Positions 13,991-27,100 of a DNA stretch of 64,000 nt are shown here, piece after piece. The DNA is from Haplodiscus bocki (lineage: Eukaryota), in assembly GCA_965655095.1 (NCBI GenBank), contig OZ296659.1, positions 33,294,001 to 33,358,000 of the forward strand, given 5' to 3'. The stretch's first letter is position 1; each line of letters begins with the position of its first letter. Position numbers and translations under genes: made by a program. The notes beneath the pieces are model-generated. The model ran no database searches. It saw only the letters and a program-made list of their open reading frames with translations, and was not told the DNA's origin.

Positions 13991-14259
13991 TTGTTGAGTT
14001 TGCAAAAACGCGAAATTTGTAGCAACTTGCTATTTTTCCGAAACTGCTGATTTTTCTGAAGTTGCCGAGATTGCCGATATAGCCAAAAAAGCCGAGATTG
14101 TCAAGTTTGACAGAAAGGATGAACATTAGAATAATGCCGAATGTGGCAAGGTAGTCGAGATTGTTGATAGTGCCGAATTTGCCGACATTGACAGAACGGC
14201 CGATAATGCCGAGATTACCAAGGTTGTCCATATCGGCGAACTTGCCGATGTTGTCGAAC

Positions 14260-17200
14260 CTGCCGAGGATGCCAAAATGTCCGAAATTGACAAGGTTGCC
14301 TAAGTTGCTGAGTTTGCCGAAAATGCCAAGAAGGCCGCTGTTGTCGAATTTTCCGATATTACGGAAGTTTCCAATAGTGCCCAGGTTGCCGAAAATGACA
14401 AAATTGGCGGAAATGCTGACGTTGCTAGTATTGCTGGAAGTTTCCAGATTGGGCTTTTTTACGAAATTGCCGAGGTTGCCAGTATTGCCAAAGAGGTCAA
14501 AAAAGCTGAAATTTCAGAAAAAGGCGAGTTTGCCGTTTTTGCCGCTATTGACTGAAATGCTGATTTGTTTGAAATTGCGAAAATTGCTGAGATTGCCAAA
14601 AAACCAAGATTGTCGCAACTTGCCATGTTGCCGAATCTGCTGATTCTGCCGAAGTTGTCGAGATTACTGATATAGCCAAAAATACCAAGATTGCCGAAAG
14701 TTCCGAGGTTGCCAAGACTCGCCAAAATGCCGAATGTAACAATATTGCCGCCTTTAGCAACATTGTCAAGTTTTCCGATAGTGCCGAAATTACCGAGAGA
14801 GCCAGAGTTGCCGAAATTGCATAGTCAAACCAGGTGGCCGTTTTTGCCGAAATTGACAAAATCGCAGAGGTTGCTAGAACAACCGAGATTGTCGGAAATG
14901 CCAAAGTTCGCATCTTTGCCGAACTTTACGAGAGTGCCGAAACTGCCGAGATTGCCGTTCTTGCCGAGATTGCCGATATTAGCGAAGTTTCCAAAAATTT
15001 CGAGATTGCCGAAATTGCCAAACTTGCCGAAATTGCCGACATTTCCAGCATTGCCGAAACTGTCAGAGTTGCCGCAATTGTCGGTGTTGCCGAAGTTTCA
15101 GAAATTGTCAAGATTTCCGTTTTTGCCGAGGTTGCTCAGAAAGCCCTGGCTACCGAGACTTCCGAGATTGCCTAAATTGTTGAGGTTGCGGAATGCCAAG
15201 ATTGTCGCAACTTGCCATATTTCCGAAATTGCTGTTTTTTCCGAAGTTGCCGAGACTCCAAGTTTTGCCGAAAATGCCCAGACTGCCAAATGTGCCGAAA
15301 TTACCGAGATTGCCAGTTTTGCCGAAATTGTCAGAAATGCCTAAAATGCCGAGTTTGCCAGTGTTGCCGAAAATGTCCAGTTGGTGAACTTGCCAAAATT
15401 TCCGAGATTGCCAGTATTGCCGAAATTGTCAGAATTGCCGAAATTTCCGAAACTGTGGAGGTTGCCGTTTTTGCCCAGACTGCCGAACGAGCCGAGAAAG
15501 CCCTGGATACCGAGATTTTCGAGATTGCCGAACTTGTTGAGATTGGGAAAATGCCAAGATTGTCGCAACTTGCCTACTTCCGGAAATGCTGATTTTGCCG
15601 AAGATGCCGAGATTGCCGATATAGCCAAAAAAGCAGAGATTGTCAAGTTTGACAAAAAGGCTGAATGTTACAATAATGCGGAATGTGGCTAGGTTGTCGA
15701 GATTGCTGGTGGTGCCGAATTTGCCGACATTGACAGAACGGCCAATAATGCCGAGATTACCAACGTTGTCTACATCGGCGAACTTGCCGATGTTGTCGAA
15801 ACTGCCGAGATTGCCAAAAATGCCGAGATTGTCGTTCTTGCCGAGATTGCCGATATCACCGAAGTTTGTAGGCGTGACAAGATTGCTGAAGTTGCCAAAA
15901 TTTGCGAAATTGCCGAGATTGCAGGTATGGCCGAAATTGTCCAGATTGCCGAATTTGCCGATAATACCGAGATTGCCAGAATTGCCGAAACTATCAGAAA
16001 GGCCGAAGTTTCCGGAGTTATCGAGATTGCCGTTTTTGCCGAGACTGCCGAAAATGCCGAGAAAGCCTTGGTTACCGAGTTTTTTGGGATTGCCGAACTC
16101 GTTGAAATTGCGAAAATGCCAATATTGTCGCAACTTAGCATCTTTCCAAAATTGTTGATTTTTCCGAAGTTGCCGAGACTGCCGATATGGCCAAAAAAGC
16201 TGAGAGTGTCAAGTTTGACAAAAGGGCTGAATAAAACAATAATGCGGAATGTGGCTAGGTTGTCGAGATTGCTGATAGTGCCGACTTTGCCGACTTTGAC
16301 AGAACGACCGATAATGCCGAGTTTATCAAGGTTGTCCATATCGTCGAACTTGCCGAAACTGTCGAAACTGCCGAGGATGCCAAAATGTCCGAAATTGACA
16401 AGGTTGCCTAAGTTGCTGAGTTTGTCGAAAATGCCAAGAAGGCCGCTGTTGTCGAATTTTCCGATATTACGGAAGTTTCCAATAGTGCCCAGGTTGCCGA
16501 AAATGACAAAATTGGCGGAAATGCTGACGTTGCTAGTATTGCTGGAAGTTTCCAGATTGGGCTTTTTTACGAAATTGCCGAGGTTGCCAGTATTGCCAAA
16601 GAGGTCAAAAAAGCTGAAATTTCAGAAAAAGGCGAGTTTGCCGTTTTTGCCGCTATTGACTGAAATGCTGATTTGTTTGAAATTGCGAAAATTGCTGAGA
16701 TTGCCAAAAAACCAAGATTGTCGCAACTTGCCATGTTGCCGAATCTGCTGATTCTGCCGAAGTTGTCGAGATTACTGATATAGCCAAAAATACCAAGATT
16801 GCCGAAAGTTCCGAGGTTGCCAAGACTCGCCAAAATGCCGAATGTAACAATATTGCCGCCTTTAGCAACATTGTCAAGTTTTCCGATAGTGCCGAAATTA
16901 CCGAGAGAGCCAGAGTTGCCGAAATTGCATAGTCAAACCAGGTGGCCGTTTTTGCCGAAATTGACAAAATCGCAGAGGTTGCTAGAACAACCGAGATTGT
17001 CGGAAATGCCAAAGTTCGCATCTTTGCCGAACTTTACGAGAGTGCCGAAACTGCCGAGATTGCCGTTCTTGCCGAGATTGCCGATATTAGCGAAGTTTCC
17101 AAAAATTTCGAGATTGCCGAAATTGCCAAACTTGCCGAAATTGCCGACATTTCCAGCATTGCCGAAACTGTCAGAGTTGCCGCAATTGTCGGTGTTGCCG

Positions 17201-18484
17201 AAGTTTCAGAAATTGTCAAGATTTCCGTTTTTGCCGAGGTTGCTCAGAAAGCCCTGGCTACCGAGACTTCCGAGATTGCCTAAATTGTTGAGGTTGCGGA
17301 ATGCCAAGATTGTCGCAACTTGCCATATTTCCGAAATTGCTGTTTTTTCCGAAGTTGCCGAGACTCCAAGTTTTGCCGAAAATGCCCAGACTGCCAAATG
17401 TGCCGAAATTACCGAGATTGCCAGTTTTGCCGAAATTGTCAGAAATGCCTAAAATGCCGAGTTTGCCAGTGTTGCCGAAAATGTCCAGTTGGTGAACTTG
17501 CCAAAATTTCCGAGATTGCCAGTATTGCCGAAATTGTCAGAATTGCCGAAATTTCCGAAACTGTGGAGGTTGCCGTTTTTGCCCAGACTGCCGAACGAGC
17601 CGAGAAAGCCCTGGATACCGAGATTTTCGAGATTGCCGAACTTGTTGAGATTGGGAAAATGCCAAGATTGTCGCAACTTGCCTACTTCCGGAAATGCTGA
17701 TTTTGCCGAAGATGCCGAGATTGCCGATATAGCCAAAAAAGCAGAGATTGTCAAGTTTGACAAAAAGGCTGAATGTTACAATAATGCGGAATGTGGCTAG
17801 GTTGTCGAGATTGCTGGTGGTGCCGAATTTGCCGACATTGACAGAACGGCCAATAATGCCGAGATTACCAACGTTGTCTACATCGGCGAACTTGCCGATG
17901 TTGTCGAAACTGCCGAGATTGCCAAAAATGCCGAGATTGTCGTTCTTGCCGAGATTGCCGATATCACCGAAGTTTGTAGGCGTGACAAGATTGCTGAAGT
18001 TGCCAAAATTTGCGAAATTGCCGAGATTGCAGGTATGGCCGAAATTGTCCAGATTGCCGAATTTGCCGATAATACCGAGATTGCCAGAATTGCCGAAACT
18101 ATCAGAAAGGCCGAAGTTTCCGGAGTTATCGAGATTGCCGTTTTTGCCGAGACTGCCGAAAATGCCGAGAAAGCCTTGGTTACCGAGTTTTTTGGGATTG
18201 CCGAACTCGTTGAAATTGCGAAAATGCCAATATTGTCGCAACTTAGCATCTTTCCAAAATTGTTGATTTTTCCGAAGTTGCCGAGACTGCCGATATGGCC
18301 AAAAAAGCTGAGAGTGTCAAGTTTGACAAAAGGGCTGAATAAAACAATAATGCGGAATGTGGCTAGGTTGTCGAGATTGCTGATAGTGCCGACTTTGCCG
18401 ACTTTGACAGAACGACCGATAATGCCGAGTTTATCAAGGTTGTCCATATCGTCGAACTTGCCGAAACTGTCGAAACTGCCGAGG
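14260..18484 (+). repeat. Near-perfect tandem duplication, period 2108 bp, 2 copies
   Basis: More than ten ORF pairs are identical at offset 2108 (14459/16567, 14691/16799, 15429/17537, 15640/17748, 15770/17878). Confidence 0.95.
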
Positions 18485-21400
18485 CTGCCAAACTGTCCGA
18501 AAATTACAAGGTTGCCTAAGTTGCTGAATTTGCCGAAAATGCCAAGTAGGCAGCTGTTGCCGAAATCGCCGATTTTACGGATTTTTCCAATAGTGCCAAA
18601 ATTGTCGAAAACGACAAAATTGGCGGAAATGAAGACATTGCTACTATTGCTGAAAGTTTCGAGATTTCCTTAATTTCCGAATTTGCCGAGATTACCAATA
18701 TTGCCGAAAATGTCAAAGATGCTGAAAGATCCGAAAAAGGCTCGTTTGCCGTTCTTGCAGAGATTGCGAAACTTGCTGAGGCTGCCAAAAACGCCAAGAT
18801 TGTCGCAACTTGCCATGTTGCCGAATGTGCTATATCTGTCGAGTTTGTCGAGATTGCCGATATAGCCTAAAATACCAAAGTTTCCGAAATTGCCGAGAGT
18901 GTCAAGATTGCCCACGATGCCAAATATAACAATAATGCCAACTTTCGCGACTTTGTCAAGATTTCCGATAGTGCCGACATTACCGAGAACCCCAGAGTTG
19001 CCGATATTGCAGAAATTAACCATGTTGACGGTTTTGCCGTTGTTGCCAAAAGTGCAGATGTTGCCAAAAAGGCCGAGATTGTCGAAATTGCCAATTTTGT
19101 CATATTTGTCGAAGTTTTTGAGATTGGCGAAATTCCGTGACTGCCGAACTTGCCGAGAATGTCGATACCTCCTATTGTGACAATTTTGCCGAGATTGCCG
19201 ACGGTGTCGAAATTGCCGACACTTCCAGAATGGCCAAAATTACCGAGATTGCCAAAATTGCCGAAATTGTCAGAATTGCCGAAAATGCCGAGATTGTGGA
19301 GGTTGCCGTTTTTGCCCGGACTGCCGAACGAGCCGAGAAAGCCCTGGATACCGAGATTTTCGAGATTGCCGAACTTGTTGAGATTGGGAAAATGCCAAGA
19401 TTGTCGCAACTTGCCATATTTCCAAAATTGCTGATTTTTCCGAAGTTGCCGAGACTGCCGATATAGCCAAAAAAAGCCGTGATTGTCAAGTTTGACAAAA
19501 AGGCTGATTAATACAATAATGCTTAATGTGGCTAGGTTGTCGAGATTGCTGATGGTGCCAAATTTGCCAGCATTGACAGAGCGGCCGATAATGCCGAGAT
19601 TACCAAGATTGCCCATATCGGCGAACTTGCCGATATTGTCGAAACTGCCGAGACTGCCAAAATGTCCGAAAAATACAAGGTTGCCTAAGTTGCTGAGTTT
19701 GTTGAAAATGCCAAGAAGGTCGCTCTTGCCGAAATTGCCGAAATTACGGAAGTTTCCAATAGTGCCCAGATTGACGAAATTGACAAAAATGGCGGAAATG
19801 CCGACATTGCTAGTATTGGTGAAAGTTTCCAGATTGGGCATTTTTCCGAAGTTGCCGAGATTGCCAGTTTTGCCAGAAAGGTCAAAAAAGGTGAAATTCC
19901 ACGAAAAATGCTAGTTTGCCATTTTTGCCGATTTTGCCTAAAATGCTGATTTGTTTGAGATTGCGAAACTTGCTGAGATTGCCAAAAAAGCCAAGATTGT
20001 CGCAACTTGTCATGTTGCCGAATCTGCTGATTCTGCCGAAGTTGTCGAGATTGCTGATATAGCAAAAAGTACCAAGATTGCCGAAAGTGCCGAGTTTGTC
20101 AAGACTTGCCAAAATGTGGAATATAACAATATTGCCGCCTTTAGCAACATTGTCAAGGTTTCCGATAGTGCCGAAATTACCGAAAGAGCCAGAGTTGCCG
20201 AAGTTGCAGAATCAAACCAAGTTGCCGTTTTTGCCGTAATTGACAAAATTGCAGAGGTTGCTAAAACAGCTGAGATTGTCGGAAATGCCACGGTTTGCAT
20301 CTTTGCCGAATTTTACGAGATTGCCGAAACTGCCGAGATTGCCCTTCTTGCAGAGATTGCCGATTTTAGCGAAGTTTTTCCGAAAAATCCGAGATTGCCA
20401 AAAGTGCCACACTTGCCAAAATTGCCGACATTTCCAGCACTGCCGAAACTGTCAGAGTTGCCGCAATTGTCGGTGTTGCCGATGTTTCCGGAATTATCGA
20501 GGTTGCCGTTTTTGCCGAGACTGCCGAAAATGCCGAGAAAGCCCTGGTTACCGAGATTTTTGAGATTGCCGAAATTGTTGAGATTGCGGATTTGCCAAGG
20601 TTGTCGAAACTTGCCATAATTCCGAAATTGCTGATTTTTCCCAAGTTGCCGAGATTGCCGATATAGCCAAAAAAAGCCGAGATTGTCAAGTTTTACAAAA
20701 AGGCTGAATGTTACAATAATGCGGAATGTGTCTAGGTTGTCGAGATTGCTGATGGTGCCGAATTTGCCGACATTGACAGAGCGGCCGATAATGCCGAGAT
20801 TACCAAGATTGCCCATATCGGCGAACTTGCCGATATTGTCGAACCTGCAGAGACTGCCAAAATATCCGAAAAATATAAGGTTGCCTAAGTTGCTGAGTTT
20901 GTCGAAAATGCCAAGAAGGCCACTGTTGCCGAAATCGCCGATATTACGGAAGTTTCCATTAGTGCCAAGATTGCCGTGAATGACAGAATTGGGGAAAATG
21001 CCGACATTGCTAGTATTGCTGAAAGTTTCCAGATTGGGCTATTTTCCGAAATTGCCGAGATTGCCAGTATTGCCAAAAAGGTCAAAATTGCTCAAAGTTC
21101 CGAAAAAGGATCGTTTGCCGTTCTTGCTGAGATTTCGAAACTTGCTGAGACTGCCAAAAATGCCAAGATTGTCGCAACTTGCCATGTTGCCGATTGTGCT
21201 ATATCTGTCGAGTTTGTCGAGACTGCCGATATAGCCTAAAATACCAAAAATTCCGAAAATGCCGAGAGTGTCAAGATTGCCCACGTTGCCAAATATAACA
21301 ATAGAGCCGACTTTCGCGACTTTGTCAAGATTTCCGATAATGCCAACATTACCGAGAATCCCAGAGTTGCCGATATTGCAGAGATTAACCACGTTGCCGT

Positions 21401-21486
21401 TTTTGCCGAATTTGACAAAACTGCAGATGTTGCCGAAAAGGCCGATATTGTCGAAACTGCCGAGCTTGCCAAAATGTCCGAAGTTG

Positions 21487-23927
21487 ACAAGGTTGCCTAA
21501 GTTGCTGAGTTTGTCGAAAATGCCAAGAAGGTCGCTCTTGCCGAAATTGCCGAAATTACGGAAGTTTCCAATAGTGCCCAGATTGACGAAATTGACAAAA
21601 ATGGCGGAAATGCCGACATTGCTTATATTGCAGAAAGTTTCCAGATTGGGTTTTTTTCCGAAATTGCCGGGATTGCCAGTTTTGCCAGAAAGGACAAAAA
21701 AGGTGAAATTTCACGAAAAATGCTAGTTTGCCATTTTTGCCGATTTTGCCTAAAATTCTGATTTGTTTGAGATTGCGAAACTTGCTGAGATTGCCAAAAA
21801 AGCCAAAATTATCGCAACTTGCCACGTTGCCGAATCTGCTGATTCTGCCGAAGTTGTCGAGATTACTGATATAGCAAAAAGTACCAAGATTGCCGAAAGT
21901 GCCGAGATTGTCAAGACTCGCCAAAATGCCGAATATAACAATGTTGCCGCCTTTAGCAACATTGTCAAAGTTTCCGATAGTGCCGAAATTACCGAAAGAG
22001 CCAGAGTTCCCGAAAGTGCAGAGTCAAACCAAGTTGCCGTTTTTGCCGTAATTGACAAAATTGCAGAGGTTGCTAAAACAGCTGAGATTGTCGGAAATGC
22101 CACGGTTTGCATCTTTGCCGAATATTACGAGATTGCCGAAACTGCCGAGATTGCCGTTCTTGCCGAGATTGCCGATATTAGCGAAGTTTCCAAAAATTCC
22201 GAGATTGCCGAAAATGCCATACTTGCCAAAATTGCCGACATTTCCAGCATTGCCGAAACTGTCAGAGTTGCCGCAATTGTCGGTGTTGCCGATGTTTCCG
22301 GAATTTTCGAGGTTGCCGTTTTTGCCGAGACAGCCGATCGAGCCGAGGAAGCCCTGGATACCGAGATTTTCGAGATTGCCGAACTTGTTGAGATTGGGAA
22401 AATGCCAAGATTGTCGCAACTTGCCAAATTTTCGAAAATGCTGATTTTTCTGAGGTTGCCGAGATTGCCGATAAAGCCAAAAAAAGCCGAGATTGTCAAG
22501 TTTGACAAAAAGGCTGAGTGTTACAATAATGCGGAATGTGTCTAGGTTGTCGAGATTGCTGATGGTGCCGAATTTGCCGACATTGACAGAGCGGCCGATA
22601 ATGCCGAGATTACCAAGATTGCCCATATCGGCGAAATTGCCGATATTGTCGAACCTGCAGAGACTGCCAAAATATCCGAAAAATACAAGGTTGCCTAAGT
22701 TGCTGAGTTTGTTGAAAATGCCAAGAAGGTCGCTCTTGCCGAAATTGCCGAAATTACGGAAGTTTCCAATAGTGCCCAGATTGACGAAATTGACAAAAAT
22801 GGCGGAAATGCCGACATTGCTTATATTGCAGAAAGTTTCCAGATTGGGTTTTTTTCCGAAATTGCCGGGATTGCCAGTTTTGCCAGAAAGGACAAAAAAG
22901 GTGAAATTTCACGAAAAATGCTAGTTTGCCATTTTTGCCGATTTTGCCTAAAATTCTGATTTGTTTGAGATTGCGAAACTTGCTGAGATTGCCAAAAAAG
23001 CCAAAATTATCGCAACTTGCCACGTTGCCGAATCTGCTGATTCTGCCGAAGTTGTCGAGATTACTGATATAGCAAAAAGTACCAAGATTGCCGAAAGTGC
23101 CGAGATTGTCAAGACTCGCCAAAATGCCGAATATAACAATGTTGCCGCCTTTAGCAACATTGTCAAAGTTTCCGATAGTGCCGAAATTACCGAAAGAGCC
23201 AGAGTTCCCGAAAGTGCAGAGTCAAACCAAGTTGCCGTTTTTGCCGTAATTGACAAAATTGCAGAGGTTGCTAAAACAGCTGAGATTGTCGGAAATGCCA
23301 CGGTTTGCATCTTTGCCGAATATTACGAGATTGCCGAAACTGCCGAGATTGCCGTTCTTGCCGAGATTGCCGATATTAGCGAAGTTTCCAAAAATTCCGA
23401 GATTGCCGAAAATGCCATACTTGCCAAAATTGCCGACATTTCCAGCATTGCCGAAACTGTCAGAGTTGCCGCAATTGTCGGTGTTGCCGATGTTTCCGGA
23501 ATTTTCGAGGTTGCCGTTTTTGCCGAGACAGCCGATCGAGCCGAGGAAGCCCTGGATACCGAGATTTTCGAGATTGCCGAACTTGTTGAGATTGGGAAAA
23601 TGCCAAGATTGTCGCAACTTGCCAAATTTTCGAAAATGCTGATTTTTCTGAGGTTGCCGAGATTGCCGATAAAGCCAAAAAAAGCCGAGATTGTCAAGTT
23701 TGACAAAAAGGCTGAGTGTTACAATAATGCGGAATGTGTCTAGGTTGTCGAGATTGCTGATGGTGCCGAATTTGCCGACATTGACAGAGCGGCCGATAAT
23801 GCCGAGATTACCAAGATTGCCCATATCGGCGAAATTGCCGATATTGTCGAACCTGCAGAGACTGCCAAAATATCCGAAAAATACAAGGTTGCCTAAGTTG
23901 CTGAGTTTGTTGAAAATGCCAAGAAGG
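21487..23927 (+). repeat. Near-perfect tandem duplication, period 1198 bp, 2 copies; older related copy at ~19680-20900
   Basis: Identical ORFs 21556/22754, 21763/22961, 22024/23222 and 22125/23323. A diverged paralog begins at ORF 19951. Confidence 0.95.
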
Positions 23928-24149
23928 CCGCTGTGGCCGAAATTGCCGATATTACGGAAGTTTCCATTAGTGCCAAGATTGCCGTGAATGACAGAATTGG
24001 GGAAAATGCCGACATTGCTAGTATTGCTGAAAGTTTCCAGATTGGGCTATTTTCCGAAATTGCCGAGATTGCCAGTTTTGACAAAAATGTCAAAGATGCT
24101 GAAAGTTCCGAAAAAGGCTCGTTTGCCGTTCTTGCCGAGATTGCGAAAC

Positions 24150-27100
24150 TTGCTGAGACTGCCAAAAATGCCAAGGTTGTCGCAACTTGCCATGTGCTAT
24201 ATCTGCCGAATTTGCCGAGGTTGCCCATATAGCCTAAAATACCAAAGTTTTTTAAAATGCCGAGAGTTTCAAGATTGCCCACAATGCCAAATATAACAAT
24301 AATGCCATGTTTCGCGACTTTGTCAAGAATTCCGATAGTGCCGACATTACCGAGAATCCCAGAGTTGCCGATATTGCAGAGATTAACCATGTTGACGGTT
24401 TTGCCGAAGTTGCCAAAAGTGCAGATGTTGCCAAAAAGGCCGAGATTGTGGAAATTGCCAGTGTTGTCATCTTTGTCGAAGTTTACGAGATTGGCGAAAT
24501 TCCGTGACTTCTGAACTTGCCGGGATTAACGATAATTCCGATGGTGACAACTTTGTCGAGATTGCCGACGGTGTCGAAAGTGCCGACATTTCCAGACTGG
24601 CCGAAATTACCGAAATTGCCAAAATTGCCGAAATTGTCAGAATTGCCGAAAAAGCCGAGATTGCCAGTGTTGCCGAATTTGTCCAGTTGGTGAACTTGCC
24701 AAAATTTCCGAGATTGCCAGTATTGCCGAAATTGTCAGAATTGCCGAAATCTCCGAAATTGTGGAGGTTGCCGTTTTTGCCCAGACAGCCGAACGAGCCG
24801 AGGAAGCCCTGGATACCGAGATTTTCGAGATTGCCGAACTTGTTGAGATTGGGAAAATGCCAAGATTGTCGCAACTTGCCAAATTTTCGAAAATGCTGAT
24901 TTTTCCGAGGTTGCCGAGATTGCCGATAAAACCAAAAAATGCGGAGAATGTCAAGTTTGACAAAGAGGCTGAATGTTACAAAAATGCGGAATGTGGCTAG
25001 ATTGTCGAGATTGCTGATAGTGCCGACTTTGCCGACATTAACAGAACGGCCGTTAATGCCGAGATTACCAAGGTTGTCCAATTCGGCGAAGTTGCCGGGG
25101 TTGTCGAAACTGCCGAGATTGCCAAAAATGCCGAGATTGCCATTCTTGCCGCGATTGCCGATATCACCGAAGTTTCTAAAGGTGACAAGAGTGCCGAAGT
25201 TGCCAAAAATGACGAAACTGCCGAGAATGCAAGTATTGCCGAAAATGTCCAGACTGCCAAGCTTGCCGAAATTACCGAGATAGCCAGTATTGCCGAAATT
25301 GTCAGAATTGCCAAAATTCTTGAAATGTCGAGGTTGCCGTTTTTGCCGAGACTGCCGAAAATGCCGAGAAACCCTGGCTATCGAGATTTTCGAGATAGCC
25401 GAACTTGTTGAGACTGCGAAATAGCCAAGATTGTCGCAACTTGCCATATTTCCGAAATTGATGATTTTTCCGAAGTTGCCGATATTGCCGATATTACGGA
25501 AGTTTCCAACGCTATCGATGAATGTTTCCAGATTGCACACTTTTCCAAAATTGCCGAGATTGGCATTATTGCCAAAAAGGTCAAAAATGTTAAAATTTCC
25601 GAAAAAAGCTAGTTTGCCGTTTTTGCCGAGATTGCGAAACTTGCTTAGACTGCCAAAAATGCCAAGGTTGTCGCAACTTGCCATGTGCTATATCTGCCGA
25701 ATTTGCCGAGGTTGCCCATATAGCCTAAAATACCAAAGTTTTTAAAAATGCCGAGAGTTTCAAGATTGCCCACAATGCCAAATATAACAATAATGCCAAC
25801 TTTCGCGACTTTGTCAAGAATTCCGATAGTGTTGACATTACTGAGAATCCCAGAGTTGCCGATATTGCAGAGATTAACCACGTTGCCGGTTTTGCCGAAG
25901 TTGTCAAAAAGGCCGAGATCGTCGAAATTGCCATTGTTGGCATCTTTGTCGAAGTTTACGAGATTGGCGAAATTCGGTGACTGCCGATTTTGCCGAGATT
26001 GTTGATAATTTCGATGGTGCCAATATTGCCGAGGTTGCCGCCGGTTCCGAAATTGCCGAAATTTCCAGACTGGTTGATATTACCGAGGTTACCAATATTT
26101 CCCAAATTGGAGAAACTGCCGAGATTGCCGGAACTGCCGAGATTGCCGAAACTGCCGAGATTGCCAAAACTGCTGAGATTGCCGAATTTGCCGAGATTGC
26201 TGAAACTGCCGAGATTACCAATATGGCCGAAAATGAAGAAATGGCTTAAATTGCCGAGATTGCCAAAATGCCGAGATTGCCGTTGCTGCCGAGATTGCCA
26301 ACATCACCGAAGTTTCTAAAGTGACACGATTGCCGAAGTTGCCATAATTGGCGAAGTTGCCGAGATTGCAGGTATTGCCGAAAATGTCCAGACTGCCAAG
26401 CTTGCCGAAATTACCGAGATAGCCAGTATTGCCGAAATTGTCAGAATTGCCAAAATTCCTGAAATGTCGAGGTTGCCGTTTTTGCCGAGACTGCCGAAAA
26501 TGCCGAGAAACCCTGGCTATCGAGATTTTCGAGATTGCCGAACTTGTAGAGACTGCGAAATAGCCAAGATTGTCGCAACTTGCCATATTTCCGAAGTTGA
26601 TGGTTTTTCCGAAGTTGCCGATATTGCCGATATTACGGAAGTTTCCAACGCTATCGATGAATGTTTCCAGATTGCACACTTTTCCAAAATTGCCGAGATT
26701 GGCATTATTGCCAAAAAGGTCAAAAATGTTAAAATTTCCGAAAAAAGCTAGTTTGCCGTTTTTGCCGAGATTGCGAAACTTGCTTAGACTGCCAAAAATG
26801 CCAAGGTTGTCGCAACTTGCCATGTGCTATATCTGCCGAATTTGCCGAGGTTGCCCATATAGCCTAAAATACCAAAGTTTTTAAAAATGCCGAGAGTTTC
26901 AAGATTGCCCACAATGCCAAATATAACAATAATGCCATATTTCGCGACTTTGTCAAGAATTCCGATAGTGCCGACATTACCGAGAATCCCAGAGTTGCCA
27001 ATATTGCAGAGATTAACCATGTTGACGGTTTTGCCGAAGTTGCCAAAAGTGCAGATGTTGCCAAAGAGGCCGAGATTGTCGAAATTGCCAGTGTTGTCAT

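Noticed and set aside
15212-15592. Cys-rich CxxCxxC ORFs resembling metallothionein or ferredoxin motifs
   Set aside because: This is the tgc-cga-gat (CRD) reading of the same 9-mer and not an independent signal.
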